This document shows, in pieces, positions 48,065-58,267 of a stretch of 64,000 bases of DNA. Every line of letters starts with the position of its first letter. Positions within the stretch are counted from its first letter, which is position 1. A program made the translations under genes and the position numbers. The DNA lies in the NCBI GenBank assembly GCA_964550635.1, contig CAZJZV010000002.1:48502-112501 (forward strand). The letters are read 5' to 3'. A model generated the notes under the pieces. That model was not told the DNA's origin and searched no databases. It was given only the letters and a program-made list of their open reading frames with translations. This DNA comes from an uncultured Bacteroidaceae bacterium (GTDB lineage: Bacteria; Bacillota; Clostridia; Christensenellales; CAG-917).

Positions 48065-48289
48065 TTGACAGAATTTAGGGGGTTTGTTATTATGTTCACG
48101 AAGAAAAGGTTCTCCTTTCACCGTGAGCAGAGCGAAACGGTTTCCGAATTTGACAAAATTCCTGCGTATGGCAGGGTTTGCTTTGAGGTGTTGGAGAATG
48201 TCGTAATGCTCTCCGACACTTTTATTTTTGTCGGAGTATAATGGATAAAGTTCACAAAGCGTTCCGTAAGAAAATCGGAAAGGGGGTAT
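48065..48289 (+). promoter_or_regulatory. infC operon promoter plus attenuator leader (probable L20 leader)
   Basis: TTGACA-17-TATTAT at 48065-48093. A roughly 190-nt leader has terminator GTGTTGGAGA-12nt-TCTCCGACAC followed by TTTTATTTTT (48188-48229), and a competing hairpin CTCCGACA/TGTCGGAG. Confidence 0.45.
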
Positions 48290-48805
48290 ATGAAAGAACT
48301 TATCATCAACGAAAAAATTCGTGACAAAGAGATCCGTCTTATCGACGAAGACGGAGCGCAACTCGGCACCGTCAGCATCGGCGAAGCACGTCGCATAGCG
48401 GAAGAGAAAGGTCTTGACCTTTGCAAGATGTCCGCAGACGGCGTAACTCCCGCGACCTGCAAACTCATGGACTACGGCAAATACCGTTACGACAGGTTGA
48501 AGAAGGAGAAAGAGGCGGACAAAAACCAAAAAACCGTCGAAGTCAAAGAAATCAGATTGTCGGCAACCATCGACGTCGGTGACGTAACTCGTCTTGCAAA
48601 GCAAACCGCAAAATTCCTTGCAGGCGGAAACAAAGTCAAAGCGTCGATAAGATTGAAAGGTCGCCAACAAGCGCGCCCCGAACTTGCGGTCGAAGTCATC
48701 AACGACTATATCGAACTCGTCGGAGAGTGCACAGTCGAAAAGAAACCCACTCAGGAAGGCAGAAATATCTATACGATACTCGCCCCTGTAAAAGTCAAGA
48801 AATAA
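48290..48805 (+). CDS. infC: Translation initiation factor IF-3
   Basis: [22 protein letters not shown] is a typical IF-3 N-terminus. Confidence 0.9.
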   Translation: MKELIINEKIRDKEIRLIDEDGAQLGTVSIGEARRIAEEKGLDLCKMSADGVTPATCKLMDYGKYRYDRLKKEKEADKNQKTVEVKEIRLSATIDVGDVTRLAKQTAKFLAGGNKVKASIRLKGRQQARPELAVEVINDYIELVGECTVEKKPTQEGRNIYTILAPVKVKK

Positions 48806-48818
48806 AAGGAGAACTACT

Positions 48819-49016
48819 ATGCCTAAGCAAAAAACACATAGCGGAGCAAAAAAACGCTTTAGAAAGAGCGCGAACGGTCACTACAAAGCGGATCACAGCG
48901 GTCACGATCATATCTTGACCAAGAAGACCACCAAGAGAAAGAGAGGTCTCCGTAAAGCCCAATATATGGATCACACCAAAGAAGCAGAACTCAAGAGACT
49001 TTTGCCCTACGACTAA
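48819..49016 (+). CDS. rpmI: 50S ribosomal protein L35
   Basis: [14 protein letters not shown]... Confidence 0.95.
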   Translation: MPKQKTHSGAKKRFRKSANGHYKADHSGHDHILTKKTTKRKRGLRKAQYMDHTKEAELKRLLPYD

Positions 49017-49028
49017 GGAGATTGAACT

Positions 49029-49385
49029 ATGAGAATTAAAAGAGCAGTTAACGCAGTAAAGAAACGCAGAAAAATAATGAAACAAGCCAAAGGCTACTAC
49101 GGTGGAAAGCATCGCCTTTATCGTATAGCCAAACAACAAGTTATCCGCAGCGGATACTATGCGTACGTCGGCAGAAAGAACAAAAAACGCGACTTCAGAC
49201 AACTCTGGATTGCACGTATCAACGCAGGCGCACGTCTCAACGGTTTGAGCTACTCCGTCCTTATGCACGGTCTTAAAGTCGCAGGCATCGACCTCAACCG
49301 CAAGGTTCTCTCCGAAATCGCAATCAGCGATCCTCAAGCGTTCACCGCACTTTGCAATCAAGCAAAAACGGCGCTCGGCAAATAA
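49029..49385 (+). CDS. rplT: 50S ribosomal protein L20
   Basis: [25 protein letters not shown]... Confidence 0.95.
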   Translation: MRIKRAVNAVKKRRKIMKQAKGYYGGKHRLYRIAKQQVIRSGYYAYVGRKNKKRDFRQLWIARINAGARLNGLSYSVLMHGLKVAGIDLNRKVLSEIAISDPQAFTALCNQAKTALGK

Positions 49386-49395
49386 TGATAACACA

Positions 49396-49428
49396 GTGCG
49401 GTATTGACAAAATACCGCACTTTTTTTT
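49396..49428 (+). terminator. Intrinsic terminator after rplT
   Basis: GTGCGGTATT-gacaa-AATACCGCAC followed by TTTTTTTT. Confidence 0.85.
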
Positions 49429-49435
49429 GGAGTAG

Positions 49436-50185
49436 ATGCACGAAATCATCACCTCGTCCCAAAATCAGTACGTGAAGGAAGTACGTTCCTTGGCGACCAA
49501 AAAGTTCCGCGATAAGTCGGGACTTTTCGTCGTTGAAGGGGGGAATATCTTCAAGGACTTGCCGAAGGGTATCGAGGCGGAATATATCCTTGCAACCACT
49601 GAAAGACAAGTAGAGGTGGAAAATTTGCTTGTCTATACGCGCGCACGGGTGTATTATGTATCTGACGGAATTATGAAGTCTCTCTCGGACACGGTCACGC
49701 CTTACGGTATCATCGCGGTTTTGAGAAAGCCCGAAAACCAATTCCGTTTGCCTACGGGCAACGCCCTTCTTCTCGACGGCGTATCCGACCCCGGGAATAT
49801 CGGCACGATTATCCGCACCGCCGCGGCAAGAGGTTTTCAAGACATATACCTTTGCGACTCGGCGGACGTCTATTCCCCGAAAGTCGTGAGAGCCACTCTC
49901 GGTGGACTCTTCAAAGTCAACCTTTACGAAATCGACGAAGCGAAAGCGGAAATCCTGCTCGACTCCACCAATAGCGCGGTGCTCGATATGGACGGAGAAG
50001 ACTTGACGACGGCGAATATCTCGTCCCCCGTACTTTTCGTCGCGGGTAGCGAGGCGCACGGAGTCAGACAAAACTTTTCGGATAGGGCAAAGCGCGTGCT
50101 TTCCCTGCCCATGAAAAACAACATAGAATCACTTAACGTGGCGGTCGCTACGGCCGTTGCGATGTATCAAACCAAAGGAGAATAA
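49436..50185 (+). CDS. TrmH/SpoU-family RNA 2'-O-methyltransferase
   Basis: [24 protein letters not shown] and the SLNVAVA motif. Positioned like Bacillus ysgA. Confidence 0.85.
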   Translation: MHEIITSSQNQYVKEVRSLATKKFRDKSGLFVVEGGNIFKDLPKGIEAEYILATTERQVEVENLLVYTRARVYYVSDGIMKSLSDTVTPYGIIAVLRKPENQFRLPTGNALLLDGVSDPGNIGTIIRTAAARGFQDIYLCDSADVYSPKVVRATLGGLFKVNLYEIDEAKAEILLDSTNSAVLDMDGEDLTTANISSPVLFVAGSEAHGVRQNFSDRAKRVLSLPMKNNIESLNVAVATAVAMYQTKGE

Positions 50186-50186
50186 T

Positions 50187-50918
50187 ATGAGCGGTCACAG
50201 CAAATGGCACAACATACAGCAAAAGAAAGGCAAAAGCGACGCGGCACGCGCCAACGTTTTTACCAAAATCGGTCGTGAAATCGCAGTCGCAGTCAAGGCG
50301 GGCGGTCCCGATCCCAATAGCAATAGCAAACTTCGCGACGCTATCGCAAAGGCAAAAGATAACAATATGCCCAACGACAACATCGCAAGAAGCATAAAGA
50401 AAGCAAGCGGAGAACTCGGCTCCATCAACTACGAAGAAAACAACTACGAAGGTTACGGCGTAGGCGGAACCGCTTTCATCGTCGAAACCCTCACCGACAA
50501 CAAGAACCGTACCGCAGGCGACGTTCGTCACCTTTTCGACAAATTTGGCGGAGCAATGGGCGTTACCGGTAGCGTTTCGTTCATGTTCAAGCGCAAAGGT
50601 ATCATCACGATCGCAAAGAGCGACGTCGAAGAAGACGACCTTATGATGCTCGCACTCGACGCAGGCGCAGAAGACATCAACTCCGAAGACGACGAAGTGT
50701 TCGAAGTCATCACCGCACCGAACGATCTCCAACCCGTCCGCGAAAACCTCGCAGGCAACGGCGTGAAGATCCTGTCCGCAGAAGTTGATATGATCCCCGA
50801 CACCGAAGTCACTCCCACCGAAGAGCAACAAGCGACTCTTCTCAAAATGATTGATAAACTCGAAGAACTCGACGACGTCCAAAACGTGTATCACAACGCC
50901 GTCATCACCATCGAATAA
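50187..50918 (+). CDS. YebC/PmpR-family regulator
   Basis: [30 protein letters not shown] 50187 follows AAAGGAG. Confidence 0.9.
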   Translation: MSGHSKWHNIQQKKGKSDAARANVFTKIGREIAVAVKAGGPDPNSNSKLRDAIAKAKDNNMPNDNIARSIKKASGELGSINYEENNYEGYGVGGTAFIVETLTDNKNRTAGDVRHLFDKFGGAMGVTGSVSFMFKRKGIITIAKSDVEEDDLMMLALDAGAEDINSEDDEVFEVITAPNDLQPVRENLAGNGVKILSAEVDMIPDTEVTPTEEQQATLLKMIDKLEELDDVQNVYHNAVITIE

Positions 50919-50973
50919 TCATAAAACTAAATATTAAAGTCGATACAAAATGTGAAATATTTTTCACATTTTG

Positions 50974-51002
50974 TTGACTTGCGCGATAAACGGGATTATA
51001 AT
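50974..51002 (+). promoter_or_regulatory. Consensus promoter immediately upstream of proA
   Basis: TTGACT, 17 nt, TATAAT. The -10 ends 11 nt before the proA ATG. Confidence 0.55.
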
Positions 51003-51013
51003 CATATCGAAAT

Positions 51014-52264
51014 ATGGTAGACGTAGCAGGAATTTGCAAATCAGCCAAAAAGGCGTCATATGAAATCGCAGGGTATAGCGGAGAGCAGAAAAATCAAATG
51101 CTCACCGCAATTTCCGCTTGTCTTGAAAAGGACGAAAACGTCGCGAAACTAAAAAGCGCGAATTCGATTGACGTGGAATTTGCTCGCGAAAACGGCAGAA
51201 ACCAAACTTTCATCGATCGCCTTACTCTCAACGATAAGCGCATTGCAACGATGATTGAAGGGCTGAAACAAATCATCGCACTTCCCGATCCCGTCGGCGA
51301 AGTCGTTGAAGACTACGTCGTCCCAAGCGGTATCGAAATCACGAAAGTCCGCGCACCTCTCGGAGTCATCGGCATAATTTACGAGGCTCGTCCCAACGTC
51401 ACGGTTGATGCGGCGGCACTTTGCCTGAAATCGGGCAACGGAGTCGTTTTGCGCGGTGGCAAGGACGCTATCAATTCCAATCGCGTGCTATATTCGATTA
51501 TGAAAGATGCAATAGAATCCGTCGGACTTGACGGTGACTGCGTGCAATTCATCGACGATATATCAAGAGATGCATCCGCCGTTATGCTCGAGCAGGAAGG
51601 TAGCGTAGACATCGTTATCCCAAGGGGCGGTGAAGGACTGAAAAAATTCGTGCTTGCCCACGCAAAGATGCCCGTCATCGCATCCGCAGGCGGAAATTGC
51701 CATATTTACGTTGAGAAGAATGCGGATATTGATACGGCGGTGAATATCATCGTCAACGCAAAGGTGCAACGTCCGTCGACTTGCAATGCGGTCGAGCATA
51801 TTCTCGTGGATAGGGAAATCGCAAACGTGCTTATCCCCGCCGCGTGCGAAGCATTGAAAGCGTTCAACGTGGAGATAATAGGGGACGAAACTTCTCGCAA
51901 AATCTACGATATGGGAGTCGCCACGGACGATGATTACAAGACCGAATTTCTCGACTACAAACTTTCTTTCAAGGTTGTGGACGGAATCGAAGAAGCGGTC
52001 GCAATCATCAACGCAAACGGCACTTCTCACTCCGAGGCAATCATCACCAAGGACGAGAAAAAACAAGAATATTTTGCAAAATACGTAGACGCGGCGGCGG
52101 TGTATTTCAACGCATCGACGCGCTTTACGGACGGATTTGAATTCGGACTCGGGGCGGAAATGGGTATTTCCACTCAAAAACTGCACGTCAGAGGTCCGAT
52201 TGCACTCAAAGAATTGACCTCCGTCAAGTACGTGGTCAAAGGACACGGCGAGGTCAGAAGGTAA
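51014..52264 (+). CDS. proA: Glutamate-5-semialdehyde dehydrogenase
   Basis: ProA-like throughout (IYEARPNVTVDAAALCLKSGNGVVLRGG, STCNAVE). Confidence 0.9.
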   Translation: MVDVAGICKSAKKASYEIAGYSGEQKNQMLTAISACLEKDENVAKLKSANSIDVEFARENGRNQTFIDRLTLNDKRIATMIEGLKQIIALPDPVGEVVEDYVVPSGIEITKVRAPLGVIGIIYEARPNVTVDAAALCLKSGNGVVLRGGKDAINSNRVLYSIMKDAIESVGLDGDCVQFIDDISRDASAVMLEQEGSVDIVIPRGGEGLKKFVLAHAKMPVIASAGGNCHIYVEKNADIDTAVNIIVNAKVQRPSTCNAVEHILVDREIANVLIPAACEALKAFNVEIIGDETSRKIYDMGVATDDDYKTEFLDYKLSFKVVDGIEEAVAIINANGTSHSEAIITKDEKKQEYFAKYVDAAAVYFNASTRFTDGFEFGLGAEMGISTQKLHVRGPIALKELTSVKYVVKGHGEVRR

Positions 52265-52265
52265 T

Positions 52266-53471
52266 ATGGAAAAGAGAATTTACTTCGATTACGCGGCAAC
52301 AACACCGCTCTCGGGCGAAGCGTTCGAGGCGATGCGTCCATATTTCACCGAAATTTTCGGAAACGCCAACAGCCAACACGCTTACGGTCGTGACGGCGCG
52401 GCGGCACTCTTGCAAGCAAGAGAAACGGTTGCATCTTGCATCGGCGCAAAACCCAGTGAAATTTACTTCACGTCCTGCGGCACCGAAGCGGACAACTGGG
52501 CAATCAAAGGCATAGCCTTTGCGCATAGAGATAAAGGCAACCATATCATTACCACCAAGATAGAACACTCCGCAATCTATACAAGTTGCAAACAACTCGA
52601 AGGTTACGGTTTCGAAGTCGCCTATCTTGACGTGGACGAAGAAGGTTTCGTATCTCCCGAAGCGCTTGAAAACGCTATCACGGACAAAACCATTCTCGTC
52701 AGCATTATGTTCGCAAACAACGAAGTCGGCACAATCGAGCCTATAAAAGAACTTGCGGAAGTCGCGCACAAGCACAAAGTGCTTTTCCATACGGATGCCG
52801 TTCAAGCAACCGGCGCAGTGCGCTACAACGTGAAAGATTTGGGAGTGGATATGTTGTCCTTTTCGGGACACAAATTTTACGGTCCCAAAGGTGTTGGCGG
52901 TCTTTACGTCCGCAACGGCGTGAAAATCGACAAGCATATGGCGGGCGGTGAGCAAGAAAGAGCGCACAGAGGAGGCACGTCCAACGTCCCCGCAATCGTC
53001 GGTATGGCTAAAGCGCTTGAAATCGCAATCCGCGACATTGACAAGAACAATGAATACGTGTCGTCCCTTCGCAATCGCTTTGTGGAAAAGGTGCTTGCGT
53101 CCGTCGATGAAATCTACTTCAACGGTCCCAAACAAGACAAATTCGACAAACGTTTGCCCAATAACGCAAGTTTCAGTTTCAGATACATCGAGGGCGAAAG
53201 CATTTTGTTCTCTCTCGACATAGCGGGCGTATGCGCATCTTCGGGTAGTGCTTGCTCGTCGGGTAGCCTCGAACCTAGCAGAACTTTGCTTGCAATAGGC
53301 GTCCCCGTCGGTATCGCACACGGCACCATTCGTTTCACTTTCGGCAAGCATAACACCGTCGAAGACGTTGACTACGCAGTCGAACAACTCGTCGCAATCG
53401 TGGGTAGACTCCGCGCGATGTCGCCCTTGTACAAGCCCGCGAAAAACGCCGAATTGAAAACCATAAAATAA
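52266..53471 (+). CDS. nifS: Cysteine desulfurase
   Basis: Class V aminotransferase. SFSGHKFYGPKG carries the PLP Lys. SSGSACSSG carries the active Cys. Confidence 0.9.
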   Translation: MEKRIYFDYAATTPLSGEAFEAMRPYFTEIFGNANSQHAYGRDGAAALLQARETVASCIGAKPSEIYFTSCGTEADNWAIKGIAFAHRDKGNHIITTKIEHSAIYTSCKQLEGYGFEVAYLDVDEEGFVSPEALENAITDKTILVSIMFANNEVGTIEPIKELAEVAHKHKVLFHTDAVQATGAVRYNVKDLGVDMLSFSGHKFYGPKGVGGLYVRNGVKIDKHMAGGEQERAHRGGTSNVPAIVGMAKALEIAIRDIDKNNEYVSSLRNRFVEKVLASVDEIYFNGPKQDKFDKRLPNNASFSFRYIEGESILFSLDIAGVCASSGSACSSGSLEPSRTLLAIGVPVGIAHGTIRFTFGKHNTVEDVDYAVEQLVAIVGRLRAMSPLYKPAKNAELKTIK

Positions 53472-53488
53472 ATTTCAGGAGCATATAT

Positions 53489-53872
53489 ATGTACAACGAA
53501 AAGGTAATAGAAGTCTTCAAAAATCCGCAAAACGTCGGCGAAGTCGAAAACTACAACGCAATCGGCACCGTCGGAAACGAAACCTGCGGTGATATTATGC
53601 AAATCACTCTCTTGATCGAGAACGATATAATCAAAGACGCCAAATTCAAGACTTTCGGTTGCGCCGCCGCAGTTGCATCTAGTTCAACCGCAACGAGCAT
53701 GATTATCGGCAAAACCATCGAAGAAGCACTTCAAATCAAAAATGAAGACGTCATCGAAGCACTTGAAGGTCTTCCCCCTCAAAAAATCCACTGTTCCGTG
53801 CTTGCGGAAGAAGCGATCAAACTTGCCGTGGAAGACTATCGCGCAAGACAAGCAAGAGGAGAAATTAAGTAG
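53489..53872 (+). CDS. nifU: Fe-S cluster scaffold (NifU N-terminal/IscU type)
   Basis: GNETCGD, FKTFGCAAAVASSS and IHCSVLA Cys ligands. Confidence 0.9.
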   Translation: MYNEKVIEVFKNPQNVGEVENYNAIGTVGNETCGDIMQITLLIENDIIKDAKFKTFGCAAAVASSSTATSMIIGKTIEEALQIKNEDVIEALEGLPPQKIHCSVLAEEAIKLAVEDYRARQARGEIK

Positions 53873-53931
53873 TCAAACTACTTGTATTTAACAGAGTAGA
53901 AACCGCACTTTCAAAAAATCTAATGACAAAG

Positions 53932-53961
53932 AAAAATCCACCGTGTTTCGGTGGATTTTTT
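53932..53961. terminator. Bidirectional terminator
   Basis: AAAAATCCACCG-tgttt-CGGTGGATTTTTT. Confidence 0.85.
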
Positions 53962-53979
53962 ATTGGGTTAGAATTGATT

Positions 53980-54396
53980 TTAGAAGTTGCGGGCGGTGGT
54001 GACTGATTCAAAATCTCCTGCAAGCACCATGTTTTCATAGCGGTAGACGGAATATTTTCTGTCCGCATTTTCCGCTTTTATTCCGTCGATTGCATTGTTC
54101 ATAACGGTTTCGACGGTGTCCGCGGAGTCGCTATCCTTGCAGTAGTAGACGTACACGAAGTAGTAGACGTCGTTTTCGGTCTTTTCACCGAGAAGGGAAC
54201 TTGATACGTTCACACCCTTGAGAGCGGGATCGGTGTAGGGCACGAGAGTTTCACCGGTCGCGACGCGGTAGCCGTTTTCGGACAGGCGGTCGGTCAGGTT
54301 GTGCTCGGTCATACCGTACTTCATGCAACCCACGAAAGTGAATAGCACTGCGACGAGTAGAACGATTGAAATTGTGATTAGCACGCGTTTTTTCAT
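53980..54396 (-). CDS. Small lipoprotein, function unknown
   Basis: MKKRVLITISIVLLVAVLFTFVGC lipobox. ATG 54396 is preferred over the longer track ORF. Confidence 0.6.
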   Translation of the reverse strand: MKKRVLITISIVLLVAVLFTFVGCMKYGMTEHNLTDRLSENGYRVATGETLVPYTDPALKGVNVSSSLLGEKTENDVYYFVYVYYCKDSDSADTVETVMNNAIDGIKAENADRKYSVYRYENMVLAGDFESVTTARNF

Positions 54397-54490
54397 ACTT
54401 ATATGATACGATTTTGCGCCCTTTATGTCAAGAGTTTTTAATTTTTGGATAATACGCGCGGGATTGCGCACGCTAACTGCGGAGGAAATT

Positions 54491-54622
54491 ATGAAAAGAA
54501 TACTCATCGGCGCGGTCGTCGGAATGATGACTGCGGTAGCATTGCAAGCCCCGAACGGTAAAAAGTGTTTCAGAAAGGCGAAGAAAGCCGTACTGAACAA
54601 AATCGAAGACGTGCTCGATTAG
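54491..54622 (+). CDS. 43-aa small protein with YtxH-like N-terminus
   Basis: GGAGGA RBS. MKRILIGAVVGMMTAVALQAPNGKK... A terminator follows. Confidence 0.4.
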   Translation: MKRILIGAVVGMMTAVALQAPNGKKCFRKAKKAVLNKIEDVLD

Positions 54623-54631
54623 CACGAAAGT

Positions 54632-54658
54632 GAAAAGCGGACAATGAGTCCGCTTTTC
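54632..54658. terminator. Bidirectional terminator
   Basis: GAAAAGCGGAC-aatga-GTCCGCTTTTC. Confidence 0.8.
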
Positions 54659-54688
54659 ACAAAATTAAGAGGGATTATTATGACTGGA

Positions 54689-55828
54689 TCAAATCATCGA
54701 ATATTCGACGTTCAATCCGTTTTCTTCGTTTGCCCATTTGATGAAGTCGATGAGAGAGGAGGATGAAACTCCGAATCCCATATTTTCGATGCCTTCCGCG
54801 ACGAGTTTCGACTCCACGACGCCAACGACTTTGCCGTAGCGGTTGATCATAGGACCGCCCGAATTGCCACTGTTGATTGCGGCGTCAGTCATGATGAATT
54901 TGCCTGCGCCCCAGTTGCTTATTGAGAAGTCGTTTTTGGACACGATGCCTGCGGACATACTGAGTCCGATACCTTGGGGATTGCCTACGATTGCGATTTC
55001 GTCACCGATTGTGACGTTTGCGGACGGTTCGATTGAGAGTCCCGCTTTTCCGCCGTCCTTGGTGAAGTCGGGCGCAGTGCCGACAAATTCGCAAATTGCA
55101 AGGTCGGGTTGATTGGTCGCATCGGTGGATACGACGACTTTTTCACTGGTTTGGTACCAACCTCCGCCACTGTAGACGGTGTAGGTTTCTTGATAGGTGC
55201 CGACCGCTACGACCTTCAAATTGTAGACGGTTTCATCCTCGCTTTCTTCAAAGTAGCAAGTGATAGACTCGTGTGCGTGCATACTTCTATCCGCAAGATT
55301 GCCGTTTTTGAGCCACGGAGTCATGACGACGTGGGCATTGGTGACGAGATAGATTTTCTCTTCGTTTCCGATGACAAACCCGGATGCAGTGCCAGCGGAC
55401 GCGTCGTGTTGAGAAGAAGACGAAGTCGAGCAGTTGACGACCGCTACGTATTGAATATAGTTGTCCGCAACGATTTCAGTGACGGCATCAGTCAGGAGGT
55501 CTGCCGCTTGTTCGCCTGCGATTTGGGTGACGTCTTTCAAAATATCGCTATCGTTGATTGAGTCTGATATAGCGTCGTAGTATTGACCTTTCATGGTGTC
55601 CGCGATAGATGCGGAGTACTCGGATGCTATTTCACTTTTTAGAGATGACAAAACGATCACGTTCACGATGACCACAAGACACATAAACACCGCCACGCAT
55701 ATGGTGATGATAGTCAGGCGGTTCATTTGCGAATGTTTGGGATCGCGCCCGTCGGGGGTGTGGTATAGTGGCGTTTTGCCGTTTCCGTTGCCCGAAGGCT
55801 CGTCGAAGAAATTATCAAATTCGTCCAT
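54689..55828 (-). CDS. Membrane-anchored trypsin-like (S1C/HtrA-type) serine protease without PDZ
   Basis: TNAHVV (His) and GNSGGPMIN (Ser), with an N-terminal TM anchor. Confidence 0.85.
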   Translation of the reverse strand: MDEFDNFFDEPSGNGNGKTPLYHTPDGRDPKHSQMNRLTIITICVAVFMCLVVIVNVIVLSSLKSEIASEYSASIADTMKGQYYDAISDSINDSDILKDVTQIAGEQAADLLTDAVTEIVADNYIQYVAVVNCSTSSSSQHDASAGTASGFVIGNEEKIYLVTNAHVVMTPWLKNGNLADRSMHAHESITCYFEESEDETVYNLKVVAVGTYQETYTVYSGGGWYQTSEKVVVSTDATNQPDLAICEFVGTAPDFTKDGGKAGLSIEPSANVTIGDEIAIVGNPQGIGLSMSAGIVSKNDFSISNWGAGKFIMTDAAINSGNSGGPMINRYGKVVGVVESKLVAEGIENMGFGVSSSSLIDFIKWANEENGLNVEYSMI

Positions 55829-56023
55829 TTGAATATGACCTCTTTATCGTATTGTCCCCATTATTTGACCGATTAGTTAAATTACCATTAAAACAGTTTA
55901 CATTTTATATATCTCGCGCTCGCGTGCGTTTTAATTAAATACCCGCGCCGTTACCCCATAAATATTGACAAAAAATAGTACATATATTAAAATAGTATCG
56001 TAATAAAGATTTAGAGGAGAACT

Positions 56024-56890
56024 ATGTCTGTTTACTTTTGCGACACCGACAGCGAACTTTGGTATACGACCGCACGCGCGCTTGATATAAAAGTCATCGG
56101 CATGCCGTATACGATTGATGGCGTTGAGAGAATGTACGACCTTGGTGAAAACACCGACTTCGTAAGTTTTTTCAATAGGATGAAGGAAGGTGCTACCGCC
56201 ATCACGTCGGGACTTAACGAAGATAATTACATCGAGATATTCGAGCCTTATTTCAAGGCGGGCGAAGATATATTATACGTGGCGTTTTCGTCGAAGATGT
56301 CGGGCACTTTCGCGCCCATGCAATCCGCAGTCGACAAACTCTCGGCAAAATACCCGACCGTGCGTTTCAGAAAATTCGATACGCTCAGCATCTGCATGGG
56401 GACGGGAATTCAAGTCTATCTCGGCGCGAAAAAATTCAAGGAAAACGGCGGAGATATCGACGCAACTTATTCCTATCTCGAATCAATCACGGGACACGCG
56501 GCAATCTACTTTGTCGTGGACGACCTAAAATATCTCGCAAGGGGCGGTCGTCTTTCACCCAATAAGGCGAAATTCGGCAACCTTATGCAAGTCAAACCCA
56601 TTCTCAACGTCGGCGATAGCGGTGAAATCGAAGTGTTTGCAAAACAACAAGGTTTCAAAAAAGCGGTCTCGTTTATGTTGCAGGAATTCAAGAAAAAATA
56701 CCGTGATATAGACGGTGCGCCTATCACGATTGTCGGTGCAAACAACGACGCAGCAGTCGCGGAAATCAAAAAGAGCGTGAGCGAATTTGCGCCCAATGCG
56801 GAAATTTGGGAGCAACCTATCGGTCCCGTCATCGGTGCGCACTGCGGTCCCGGCACTGTTGGTATAATCTTTACCGCAGTTTCAAGATAA
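56024..56890 (+). CDS. DegV-family fatty-acid-binding protein
   Basis: DegV-like throughout (TSGLNEDNY, SSKMSGTF, LKYLARGGRL). Confidence 0.9.
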   Translation: MSVYFCDTDSELWYTTARALDIKVIGMPYTIDGVERMYDLGENTDFVSFFNRMKEGATAITSGLNEDNYIEIFEPYFKAGEDILYVAFSSKMSGTFAPMQSAVDKLSAKYPTVRFRKFDTLSICMGTGIQVYLGAKKFKENGGDIDATYSYLESITGHAAIYFVVDDLKYLARGGRLSPNKAKFGNLMQVKPILNVGDSGEIEVFAKQQGFKKAVSFMLQEFKKKYRDIDGAPITIVGANNDAAVAEIKKSVSEFAPNAEIWEQPIGPVIGAHCGPGTVGIIFTAVSR

Positions 56891-57864
56891 TGAAAAAACT
56901 CCTTTTCGCCGTGGTGGCGGTTATATTATGTGTCGTTTCGTTTTGCGCTTGCAACGGGACGGCGCATTCTTTTGTTTTCGGCACCTTTCTCGAAATCGAC
57001 TACGAAGGACTGAAAAATCCGTCCGATAACGTGGAAAACTACTTCGATATGCTCGAGCAGTGGTTGTCCCCGACTGTCGCGGGCAGTTTCATCAATCAAA
57101 TTAACTCCGCAAAAGCAGGGGAGTCGATTTGGTGTAACGACGCGGTTATGGAAATCATGAAGACGGCGGAAAAGGTCTATCGTCTGTCGGGCGGAGCGTA
57201 CGACCCGTCAGTCTATCCGCTCGTGAGATTGTGGAATTTCAGCGGGGACTTGTATTCGACCGTCCTTGCAAAACAACCGCCTACGGATGAGACAATCCAA
57301 AACGCAAAACAACTCGTAGGACTTGACAAGGCTTTCACTATCGACTACGAAAATAATACGATAACCAAAAACGTAGGCTACGACGGCGCAATGCTCGACT
57401 TCGGCGGGGTTGCAAAAGGGTATGCGGTGGACAAGGCGGAAGACGGAATTGATTGCAAAGCGCTTGTCAATCTCGGCGGAAACATCGTCGCTTGCAACAA
57501 GTCGTATTCTATCGGCATAGGCAATCCGAGAGAGAGCAATACGTCGTATTTCGGGAGCCTTACCATTCAGAGCGGTGAGTGCATTTCGACAAGCGGAGAC
57601 TACGAAAGATACTACGAATATGAAGGTGTGAGATACCACCATATCATCAATCCGTTTAGCGGTCGTCCGTCGGATAGCGGAGTGATTTCGGTCAGTGTCA
57701 TCACCGCGGACGGTGCTCTCGGCGATGCGGTCGCAACGGCGGTTTTGGTGCTTGGTTTGGATGCGGGAATTGAACTTCTCGAAAGCCTGTCTCTTCGCGC
57801 GGTGGTCATATCTTCCGACTTGAGTTACCGTGTCGTCGGAAACGTTGATTTTGCAAAAAAATAA
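56890..57864 (+). CDS. apbE: FAD:protein FMN transferase (ApbE) lipoprotein
   Basis: Lipobox SFCAC. LDFGGVAKGYAVD and STSGDYERY...HHIINP motifs. The ATG overlaps the degV stop. Confidence 0.9.
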   Translation: MKKLLFAVVAVILCVVSFCACNGTAHSFVFGTFLEIDYEGLKNPSDNVENYFDMLEQWLSPTVAGSFINQINSAKAGESIWCNDAVMEIMKTAEKVYRLSGGAYDPSVYPLVRLWNFSGDLYSTVLAKQPPTDETIQNAKQLVGLDKAFTIDYENNTITKNVGYDGAMLDFGGVAKGYAVDKAEDGIDCKALVNLGGNIVACNKSYSIGIGNPRESNTSYFGSLTIQSGECISTSGDYERYYEYEGVRYHHIINPFSGRPSDSGVISVSVITADGALGDAVATAVLVLGLDAGIELLESLSLRAVVISSDLSYRVVGNVDFAKK

Positions 57865-57892
57865 CTTTATCATTGCATATACGTTGGTTAAA

Positions 57893-58267
57893 ATGCGGAA
57901 TGAGTTGAAATCCAACTTCAAAAAGATTTTCAAGAAAGGGGACTTGATACTCCTTGCCGTCTTTCTCGTTGCCGTGATTTTGACCATAGTTTTTGCCGTC
58001 GGTGGTGATGACGACGTCGTCCAAATCTTCGTCGACGGACAACTCAAATATGAAATCGGGCTTGACGCTAACACCGAAATTTCCTTGCTTGACGGTGAAA
58101 TGATAGTTGTCGTCAGGGACGGTAAAGCGTGGGTTGAATATAGTGACTGCGCAGAGCAACTATGCGTGAATAATGCGCCTGTGTCGTCGTCGGGCGGTAT
58201 GATTGTCTGCCTGCCTAATAAGGTAGTCGTCAAGGTCGTGGAAAAGGAGGTGGACGCAATAACGTGA
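57893..58267 (+). CDS. NusG domain II-containing membrane-anchored protein
   Basis: TM anchor and CAEQLCV...GGMIVCLPNKVVV, typical of NusG_II proteins that accompany Gx transporters. Confidence 0.7.
   Translation: MRNELKSNFKKIFKKGDLILLAVFLVAVILTIVFAVGGDDDVVQIFVDGQLKYEIGLDANTEISLLDGEMIVVVRDGKAWVEYSDCAEQLCVNNAPVSSSGGMIVCLPNKVVVKVVEKEVDAIT

Noticed and set aside
47662-48670. ORFs 47662-47958, 47667-47921, 47900-48670 and 48053-48241 in the large vWA-infC intergenic region.
   Set aside because: They run through hairpin arrays, terminators, the infC promoter/leader and antisense to infC. They have Cys/Phe-rich nonsense-like translations and no RBS.
53980-54600. The 206-aa track ORF, and likewise the N-terminal extensions of track ORFs at 54425, 56806, 57830, 45807, 11584, 8844, 43830, 37545, 50157 and 35733.
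   Set aside because: The upstream extensions start at non-ATG codons or lack an RBS, and they run across promoters or terminators. Internal ATGs with good SD sites and family-typical N-termini (lipoprotein signal, [16 protein letters not shown] and so on) were used instead.
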